Shown here: one piece after another, positions 25,108 to 32,113 of the stretch | Layout: every line of letters begins with the position of its first letter | Numbering within the stretch: the first letter of the stretch is position 1 | NCBI GenBank assembly: GCA_964409445.1 | Contig: CAYPDN010000005.1 | Coordinates: 1-34,880 of the forward strand | Direction: 5' to 3' | Origin: an uncultured Granulosicoccaceae bacterium | GTDB lineage: Bacteria; Pseudomonadota; Gammaproteobacteria; Granulosicoccales; Granulosicoccaceae | DNA length: 34,880 nucleotides | Translations under genes and position numbers: made by a program | The notes under the pieces: generated by a model | Told to the model about the DNA's origin: nothing | What the model saw: the letters and a program-made list of their open reading frames with translations, nothing else | The model's database searches: none

Positions 25108-26478
25108 TTAGTGAGTCAGTATTTGTGAGAGGAATCGCGAAGGCTGTTCTGTCGTTAATGGCAGAATCCATTCGCTGGACAATTGACGCCTGTTGATCGT
25201 TAGTAAATTAAGAGACGGATCAACCATCAACTGAGACGGCCGACTATTAAGCGCACAATTGGCTTTCACGGCGACACTTATTGGAACGTGTCCCTGTCGC
25301 TGCCAGTCTTCCTCAAGAAAATGTGCAAATTGAAGCAGCATATCTGGTATGCAGGACATTTTTCGGCGCTGTTTTTTGGTGAGGTAATCAATAGGATCTA
25401 CCGTCCACTCCTGAGTATCGGTTTTAACCGTGTAGATTGCACTGCCCCGTTTAGATCTGAGCTTCATGCGCCAGCTGAATCGATGACCATCTTCGTTCCA
25501 GGCGACGTTCCCGGGCAGCGCCCAGTTTCGAAAAGGAACAGCGATCTGCAGCAACAGCCAGCTGAACATCACTAACAAAACAAGCTGGTGCCTGGGGGCG
25601 AACGAATGATCAAACGGTTTAACCGACATTGAAGTCAGCGACCTGCTGGTAAATCGAGCAGCGAATTTCTTTGGCCAGTCCGGATCAAGAACCAGCGTAC
25701 TGGCGAACAAGGTAAACCACGGAAAGATACCGATGTTAAAAACAAAGTGGTTCATCACATGGAATACGAAATAAACAGCCAATACCCATAGTCGCGTACT
25801 TTTGAACAATAGCAATGGTGCCCCCACCAGATGCAACAGGACAGCGCCATAAGCGCCGAGTGCTATACCGATATCACTGGTCAGTGTGGTAAAAAACGGC
25901 GGGAACTGCGGTCTGGTTTCAACCATCCACATACGCAGTGGCTCAAGGTTGAGCCAGTCAGGATTAAGCTTTACCAGCCCCGCGTGTATCAATATTATTT
26001 CAAGCTGGACTATCAACACTATGATTGCCCAGCGCGGTATGGTTCTGGATGCGATAGATGCATCGCGGCGGGCATCCAGCGACAAATAAGCGTTTGCCGG
26101 CACAAACAGCATAACGACGCAGAACAAAATCACCATGTAGTAGTGATTCAGGTAGAGCGCTTCATCAAGCAGAAATGCGTAACTGAAACCCACCGTAAAT
26201 ATTAGTAGCGCGAGCCGGTAATGGTACCCAACCATAACCGCAATGGCCGCTATCGTAAGCACAGACCAGTGCAGATAAAGACCGATGCCCGGCCAGGGTT
26301 CCACCCATTCGAAGTACTTATACTTAAACAGCATTGACGGCTGCAAATACTTGCAGGACAGACAAAGGAAAAACTGATTGACGCTATCGAATATTAGAAG
26401 AATTCCGAAACCGATTCTGAAGATAGCAAGGGAACTCGCATCAACCTGATCAAAGAGTTTTTGGAATAATTTATACAT
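25108..26478 (-). CDS. HTTM-domain membrane protein (vitamin K-dependent gamma-carboxylase-like)
   Basis: N-terminus VDASSLAIFRIGFGILLIFD followed by a polytopic membrane region typical of HTTM proteins. Confidence 0.75.
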   Translation of the reverse strand: MYKLFQKLFDQVDASSLAIFRIGFGILLIFDSVNQFFLCLSCKYLQPSMLFKYKYFEWVEPWPGIGLYLHWSVLTIAAIAVMVGYHYRLALLIFTVGFSYAFLLDEALYLNHYYMVILFCVVMLFVPANAYLSLDARRDASIASRTIPRWAIIVLIVQLEIILIHAGLVKLNPDWLNLEPLRMWMVETRPQFPPFFTTLTSDIGIALGAYGAVLLHLVGAPLLLFKSTRLWVLAVYFVFHVMNHFVFNIGIFPWFTLFASTLVLDPDWPKKFAARFTSRSLTSMSVKPFDHSFAPRHQLVLLVMFSWLLLQIAVPFRNWALPGNVAWNEDGHRFSWRMKLRSKRGSAIYTVKTDTQEWTVDPIDYLTKKQRRKMSCIPDMLLQFAHFLEEDWQRQGHVPISVAVKANCALNSRPSQLMVDPSLNLLTINRRQLSSEWILPLTTEQPSRFLSQILTH

Positions 26479-26820
26479 GTTCAGAACATTCTACTACGGC
26501 CGGCACCAGTGCACGCTTGTAAATCACCGTGGTTCATTGCAATAGCTCTTACCGGCCCCATATAGTACTTACGTAAGAAACGGTCTCCTGCTGCAAGGTC
26601 AACCCCACCAACAAGTGGGCTGTTTTGCCGCAATATCCTACACATCTCACGGCATTACCGTGTTCCTCAGACATGGTTGCGGATACCGGTTCAGGCAGTT
26701 ACATTAGCAAGAAAACCCGAACGGAACCAGACGTCTAAGACTCAGGTCTCAATCACGAATGACTGCCCAACATACAACGTCACAACGATACTCGCCTGGC
26801 CGCAGCCAAAGGAGTAATGT

Positions 26821-27228
26821 GTGAGCCGCGAAGAGATACTGCTGGTCTACGATCGCGAATGCCCGGCGTGCAATGCCTATTGCCAGATCGTACAAATACG
26901 CAAAAGTGTTGGCGAACTGAAAATTGTAGATGCAAGAGAAAACAGTGATGTGCTGAATGAAATCACAGCGCGAGGGCTGGATATCGACCAGGGAATAGTG
27001 CTTAAAATGGGAGACCAGCTCTACTACGGTTCTGATGCAATAAATGCGCTGGCTTTAATAGGCAGCCGATCCGGAATTTTTAACCGACTAAACTACTGGA
27101 TTTTCAAATCAAAAACTATTTCAAAAATACTCTATCCGGTACTGCGATCTGGTCGGAATTTACTACTAAAAATACTGGGCAAATCAAAAATCAATAATCT
27201 GGGTATTGAAAATAATCATAATTTCTAG
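26821..27228 (+). CDS. DCC-family (DUF393) thiol-disulfide oxidoreductase-like protein
   Basis: LLVYDRECPACNAY carries the D-x-x-C-x-x-C signature of the family. GTG start, 6 nt after AAGGAG. Confidence 0.75.
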   Translation: MSREEILLVYDRECPACNAYCQIVQIRKSVGELKIVDARENSDVLNEITARGLDIDQGIVLKMGDQLYYGSDAINALALIGSRSGIFNRLNYWIFKSKTISKILYPVLRSGRNLLLKILGKSKINNLGIENNHNF

Positions 27229-27370
27229 CCGGACACCTGCGGACGTTCGAGTCGAGCCCCATACCTTGCCCAGGTCTGACGGTAGTTCGAATACTACCAG
27301 GCCATTACACTGGCCCACAGCGCCATCACCCAGTATAGCGACCCGCAATGCGGTCACCGCCTACCCCTCA

Positions 27371-28231
27371 TCAGGAATTAGTCACTTCATCTTCAACACC
27401 ATTGCGAAGCGTGCCAATACCCTCTACCTCTACTTCAATAATATCACCAGGAACAAGATACCTGGGCGGATCAAACCTGGCGCCAGCACCAGTCGGAGTT
27501 CCGGTAACGATAATATCACCAGGCTGCAGGGTCATAAATGTGGAGATATATTCAATTTCGGTTCTTATCGGAAACATCATTCGTGACAGAACATCATCCT
27601 GACGAACTTCTCCGTTAACGCGAGTTATGATGTGCGCGTCGTCAAGCTGCTTTGGATCTTTAAACGGTACAAGCCACGGACCCATAGCACCTGAACAATC
27701 CCAGTTTTTCCCCTGTGTCACGTTAAACTTGGCATGTCGTACCCAATCTCGTATGGTGCCTTCGTTGCAAAGCGTAATAGCCGCTATGTGATCATAGGCA
27801 TTGTCTTTAGAGATACGACGACCTTCCTTGCCAATAACTATGGCAACCTCGCCTTCATAATCAAGGGTGTGGTTTTCCGGAGGTCGCACCAAATTGCGTT
27901 GATGACCGGTAAAACCAGACGCAAAGCGTGGAAACAATGACATATATTTTGGCAGTTCACTGCCGTCTTTGTATTCAGCATTGCGATCAGGGAAATTAAC
28001 TCCCACGCAGAGTATGCGCTTTGCATTGGGCAATACCATTTCATACTGATAGTCTGAATGAGTTAGCGATGCACCATCAGCTGCCAGCTCAAGCTTGTCC
28101 AAAGCATTTGCCTGTATAACATCAAGCAAAGTAGGCCACTGCGGAAACCCTGGGCTAAGAGCAATCATTCCTTTGTCGGTGGCAGCACCGTAGAAGGTTT
28201 CACCATTTACAGAATAAGTTGAGTAACGCAT
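27371..28231 (-). CDS. Fumarylacetoacetate hydrolase (FAH) family enzyme, HpaG-like isomerase/decarboxylase/hydratase
   Basis: LDYEGEVAIVIGK, NEGTIRDW, FNVTQGKNWD, LQPGDIIVTGTPTGAG. It is the last gene of the hpa-like operon. Confidence 0.85.
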   Translation of the reverse strand: MRYSTYSVNGETFYGAATDKGMIALSPGFPQWPTLLDVIQANALDKLELAADGASLTHSDYQYEMVLPNAKRILCVGVNFPDRNAEYKDGSELPKYMSLFPRFASGFTGHQRNLVRPPENHTLDYEGEVAIVIGKEGRRISKDNAYDHIAAITLCNEGTIRDWVRHAKFNVTQGKNWDCSGAMGPWLVPFKDPKQLDDAHIITRVNGEVRQDDVLSRMMFPIRTEIEYISTFMTLQPGDIIVTGTPTGAGARFDPPRYLVPGDIIEVEVEGIGTLRNGVEDEVTNS

Positions 28232-28309
28232 AGTTCTCGTTCCAATTTGAATTCGGCCGGTTCGGTCACGGCCAGATTGTTCATGACCAGCTTAATCACG
28301 GTACTAAGT

Positions 28310-29293
28310 TTACGGTGCAATAATAGGGCTGGCAGCGAGCGATGAGTCCTGTGGCTCCACACCGATAAAATTAGTACCGTGTTCAAACCAGCTGCGAGGT
28401 GCTGCAGCACCCCATAGCGTCTGCCGCTGCGGATCTGTGAGATCCCATTTGATTGGTTCCATATCAGGGTCAACCGTCTGGTAGTCGCTGCAATATATCT
28501 CTATGCGGTGACCATCGGGATCAAGAATATACAAAAAGAAAGCATTTGAAATTCCGTGGCGTCCGGGACCACGCTCAATGTTATCGACATAACCCGTGGT
28601 TGCCATCAGATCAAGCAGGTCAATTATGTTTAGCGGTGTCGGCACCCAATAGGCAATATGGTGCATGCGCGGTCCATTGCCGTTAGTGAATGCCATATCG
28701 TGCACCCCGCCTTTACGGTGCATCCATGCAGCCCACAGTTTTTTGCTGTTTTCATCTTCTGTATATTCAGTAACCCGAAAACCGAAGTCGCTGTAGAACG
28801 CAACTGATGCATCGACATCAGTTGAGAAGACATTGAAATGATCTATCCGCAGTGGCTTAACACCTCGATACAGGGCATATTTTTGGTGTATCGGCTCCAG
28901 CCGATCCATCTTGTGATAAAACTCCAGCGGAATGCCAAGGTTATCTGAAGTAAGCAAAGTTCTACCCTGATGTGCCCGCTCCACCCATTCGGTCGGTCGG
29001 CCTTTGGCTTTAAAGTACTTATCTGCTTTGTCGAGATCCTGTTCGTCGAAAGTTTTAAAACCCATAGCCTCAACAGAACCTGGCTGATCTGATTTTTGCA
29101 GTACAAGACAATGATGACCACGCTCCTCCATGGCGCGCAGGTATATATGCGTATCAGTTTCATCTGTTACCTGAAGCCCAAGAATTTCGGTATAGAATTT
29201 TTTAGAAACCACGAGGTCTTTAACATTGAGATACGCGTGAGACAAACGGATCGTATTAAAGTCCGGGTAGAGATTTGGTGCAGGTACTGGCAT
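28310..29293 (-). CDS. hpaD: Type I extradiol dioxygenase, 3,4-dihydroxyphenylacetate (homoprotocatechuate) 2,3-dioxygenase-like
   Basis: Two VOC modules. RIDHFNV, MHHIAYW and GHRIEIY fit the His/His/Glu metal ligands. RGPGRHGISNAFFLYILDPDGHRIEIY is typical of HPCD/MndD-type enzymes. Confidence 0.8.
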   Translation of the reverse strand: MPVPAPNLYPDFNTIRLSHAYLNVKDLVVSKKFYTEILGLQVTDETDTHIYLRAMEERGHHCLVLQKSDQPGSVEAMGFKTFDEQDLDKADKYFKAKGRPTEWVERAHQGRTLLTSDNLGIPLEFYHKMDRLEPIHQKYALYRGVKPLRIDHFNVFSTDVDASVAFYSDFGFRVTEYTEDENSKKLWAAWMHRKGGVHDMAFTNGNGPRMHHIAYWVPTPLNIIDLLDLMATTGYVDNIERGPGRHGISNAFFLYILDPDGHRIEIYCSDYQTVDPDMEPIKWDLTDPQRQTLWGAAAPRSWFEHGTNFIGVEPQDSSLAASPIIAP

Positions 29294-29305
29294 ATTTGCA
29301 ATCTC

Positions 29306-30817
29306 CTATTGTGCGCCCAGGCGCGATATTTTGTGCTGCCCGGTTGCAAAGCCAATATGCTTTTGCTCCATGTAAAACTCGAACGACCAGTCGCCACCGT
29401 CGCGCCCGATACCACTTGCTTTTACACCACCAAAAGGCGTTGGCAGATGGCGAACATTCTCAGAGTTCACCCAGATCATGCCCGCTTCAAGTTTATCTGT
29501 AAAACGCAGCGCACGGGTTAGATCATTGGTCCAGACATAGCCGGTCAATCCATACAGTGTATCGTTCGCAATGGAGAGCGCCTCTTCTTCAGTGGAAAAC
29601 GCAATCGACGTTAAGACAGGACCGAATATCTCTTCCTGCGCAATACGCATATTGTTGTTCGCATTGGTGAATAACGTGGGCTGTACAAAATATCCTTCAT
29701 CTCCAACTGCCTCGCCACCAACCGCAATGGTTGCTTTATCTTGTTTGGCGATGTCGAAATAACCGGTGACTTTTTTAAAGTGCTCTTCACTAATTAATGG
29801 GCCAACTTCAGTAGTCGGATCAAGCGGATGCCCTGTTTTGATATTTTTCACGCGCGCTGCAAGCTTTGCTTCAAATTCTTCACGTATGGTGTCCTGAACC
29901 AACAGTCGTGATGACGATGTGCAGCGCTCGCCATTAATTGAGTAGATCATAAAAATTACCGCATCCAGCGCACGCTCAAGATCCGCGTCGTCAAACACAA
30001 TAACCGGGTTCTTGCCACCCAATTCCAAATGATTACGCTTGAGCGTGTCTGCACCCTGCTTTGTAATCAGGCTGCCTGTACGGCTTTCCCCAACAAACGC
30101 AATTGCCTTAATCAGCGGATGCTCACAAAGCGCCTTGCCTGCCTCTTCACCAAAACCGTTAACGGTATTCAACACACCCGGCGGCAAGCCCGCTTCTTCT
30201 GCGATCTCTACTAACAATCTGGCAGTTAGCGGTGAGGACTCAGCCGGTTTGTGTACCACGGTACAACCGGCTGCAAGTGCCGGCGCTATCTTCCAGGTAG
30301 ATAGCATAAACGGTGTATTCCACGGAGTGATAATCCCGACAGGTCCAATCGGCACACGGCTGGTGATGTTCAATAATGTTGGTGATTTTAAATGCTTGCC
30401 ATCACGTGCCTGCACCACCTGATCTGCAAAATATCTAAAGTTCTCTGCACCACGCAACGCCGCCTTCGACATAAAGCGTATCGCCTGGCCAGTATCCCAA
30501 CACTCACAGAAAGCGATCTCTTCTGCACGGGCTTCAATTCCTTCAGCCACATTGATAAGTATTTTGCGACGCTCTGTGGCAGGCATGTCGCGCCAGAGCG
30601 GATAATTCTCAGCAGCTGCAATCGCTGCATTATCTATGTCAGCTGCAGTGCCATGAGCCACATCGCAAATGACGCTCTTGTCAACCGGTGAGGTCGACTG
30701 GAACACACCGCCACCGCCTGCTACGTCTTTACCTGCAATGCGATTCAATATCCCTGACTTTTTAAACTGCGCTAAATACTCGCCAAGTTTATCCAGGTTT
30801 TGTTCAAGTGTGCTCAT
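29306..30817 (-). CDS. hpaE: NAD-dependent aldehyde dehydrogenase, 5-carboxymethyl-2-hydroxymuconate semialdehyde dehydrogenase-like
   Basis: LELGGKNP (catalytic Glu), INGERCTSSSR (catalytic Cys), EEIFGPV. The likely start is MSTLEQ at 30817. The track ORF extends to 30871 with a non-homologous leader. Confidence 0.85.
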   Translation of the reverse strand: MSTLEQNLDKLGEYLAQFKKSGILNRIAGKDVAGGGGVFQSTSPVDKSVICDVAHGTAADIDNAAIAAAENYPLWRDMPATERRKILINVAEGIEARAEEIAFCECWDTGQAIRFMSKAALRGAENFRYFADQVVQARDGKHLKSPTLLNITSRVPIGPVGIITPWNTPFMLSTWKIAPALAAGCTVVHKPAESSPLTARLLVEIAEEAGLPPGVLNTVNGFGEEAGKALCEHPLIKAIAFVGESRTGSLITKQGADTLKRNHLELGGKNPVIVFDDADLERALDAVIFMIYSINGERCTSSSRLLVQDTIREEFEAKLAARVKNIKTGHPLDPTTEVGPLISEEHFKKVTGYFDIAKQDKATIAVGGEAVGDEGYFVQPTLFTNANNNMRIAQEEIFGPVLTSIAFSTEEEALSIANDTLYGLTGYVWTNDLTRALRFTDKLEAGMIWVNSENVRHLPTPFGGVKASGIGRDGGDWSFEFYMEQKHIGFATGQHKISRLGAQ

Positions 30818-31064
30818 AGGAGTTGTTCCTGGTTCTACCGTGCGCAATAGTAACAATGTGGCGGTTAACAATGGGATTCATCAGGGTTTATTCCTGTGAT
30901 CTTGTCAGTACGACACCACCAGCCAGTAAGGTAACGCAGCTGCTGGATTCAGACAATATCGAATAGCTTTGATGACTCATCGGCGATAGGACCGATAGTC
31001 TCTTCACGATCCGAATAAAGACAGTTGGGATAGAGATCAACCGGGAGTTAAGCCGGCCGGGAAG

Positions 31065-31309
31065 CTAGCCCGGATTATTCATAAGGATTCGGCTTCCAGA
31101 GTCAATAACGCTAAACAGGTCACTCGATCGCCTGAGAAACGTGGCTTGCCACGTGCCGACGGGGATCGTGTGAGATGTGACGCGCTATTGGCTGCTGGAG
31201 TCGAATAGACAGACTGTCATTTAAGTCATGACACTAAAATACGATGAACCTCTACAAATACAGTACTTTGCCTAGATACTCTCGTCGCCTTATGAATAAT
31301 CCGGGCTAG
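31065..31309. repeat. 245-bp element bounded by perfect 22-bp inverted repeats (MITE-like element or long-range RNA stem)
   Basis: CTAGCCCGGATTATTCATAAGG at 31065-31086 is the exact reverse complement of 31288-31309, and 201 bp lie between them. The right arm contains the phosphatase stop codon (31306-31308). No transposase ORF is inside. Confidence 0.7.
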
Positions 31310-32031
31310 GCAGGTGGAGAAAGCGCCTCTTTACCCTTATCTGTCAATATCCAGCAACGCGCCTCCTCAAACACGGCTGCTGTGAGGTGCCGACCATAGC
31401 CCGAGCCAGTATCCAGATTGACCCGATTGCCATAATGCTGCGCTTTCTCAACTGGTGTGTGCCCATGCACAACTAAAAACGGGTGCTGGCGTTTGTCCTC
31501 CAGAAATTCGTAACGTATCCAGAGTAGTTCGTGCGGGTCTTGCTTCTCAATCGGCACACCAGGGCGAATACCGGCGTGCACAAAAAGAAGATCGTTTTCC
31601 TGATGTGAGTGTGGCAGTGAGTCCAGAAACTCGATGTGCTCGGCAGGCACCGCTGCCAGTGAGCTCATATAAACATCTTGCTTGTGATCACTATCATCCA
31701 CCTTCACACCGTAGCTCGCGAGTGTCTCTTTACCTCCCAGTCTGTCGTCCAGCCAGTGGTAGTCGACAGTCAACTGAGCCTGACAGTCTTCCATAAACAG
31801 GGAGAACATCTGATCGTGGTTTCCCTTCAGACAGACCCAGTTTTTATTTTCAGCAAGGCCATTCATTAAAAACTCAATTACACCGCGGCTTTGCAATCCA
31901 CGGTCGATATAGTCACCAAGAAAAACTACGCGCGCGTCAGAACCACCATCGTTTTCTATTTTTTTAATTGTTCCCTTGAGCATATCCAGCTCACCATGAA
32001 CATCGCCAACGGCATAAATTTTGTTCTTAAT
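31306..32031 (-). CDS. PPP-family metallophosphoesterase (PrpA/PrpB / lambda-phosphatase-like Ser/Thr phosphatase), probable ATT start
   Basis: Motifs GDVHG (upstream of the first ATG), GDYIDRG, GNHD, VHAG and HGHTP. In-frame codons upstream of ATG 31983 read IKNKIYAVGDVHGELD. GGAGA (32041-32037) lies 5 nt before ATT (32031-32029), and an in-frame TAA is at 32049-32047. Confidence 0.8.
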   Translation of the reverse strand: MKNKIYAVGDVHGELDMLKGTIKKIENDGGSDARVVFLGDYIDRGLQSRGVIEFLMNGLAENKNWVCLKGNHDQMFSLFMEDCQAQLTVDYHWLDDRLGGKETLASYGVKVDDSDHKQDVYMSSLAAVPAEHIEFLDSLPHSHQENDLLFVHAGIRPGVPIEKQDPHELLWIRYEFLEDKRQHPFLVVHGHTPVEKAQHYGNRVNLDTGSGYGRHLTAAVFEEARCWILTDKGKEALSPPA

Positions 32032-32113
32032 TCTACTCTCCTGTATTTAGAACATTTGTCTCAGGTTTTAGCCGAAAAATCGACTGTTTACAGTGTTATT
32101 TCTTCGAATTCCA

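Noticed and set aside
24724-25196. ORFs 24724-24996 (-) and 24906-25196 (+) in the prc upstream spacer
   Set aside because: They overlap each other, and the second also overlaps the 3' end of the HTTM gene. Neither has an RBS or recognisable fold signature.
27206-27602. Plus-strand ORFs of 126 and 84 aa after the DCC gene
   Set aside because: They largely overlap the FAH-family gene on the opposite strand, and their translations are Pro/Ser/Thr-rich and low-complexity. The FAH frame has strong motif support.
28207-29521. Alternate-frame and antisense ORFs within the dioxygenase/dehydrogenase genes (88, 77, 67, 106, 141, 82 and 75 aa)
   Set aside because: They are shadow ORFs of well-supported enzyme genes.
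30818-30871. 18-codon leader (MLTATLLLLRTVEPGTTP) on the hpaE-like ORF
   Set aside because: Aldehyde dehydrogenases of this type are cytoplasmic, and homology begins at MSTLEQ. The upstream ATG is probably fortuitous.
31065-31309. Autonomous insertion sequence
   Set aside because: No transposase-sized ORF lies between or near the inverted repeats. Only a non-autonomous element or an RNA structure remains plausible.
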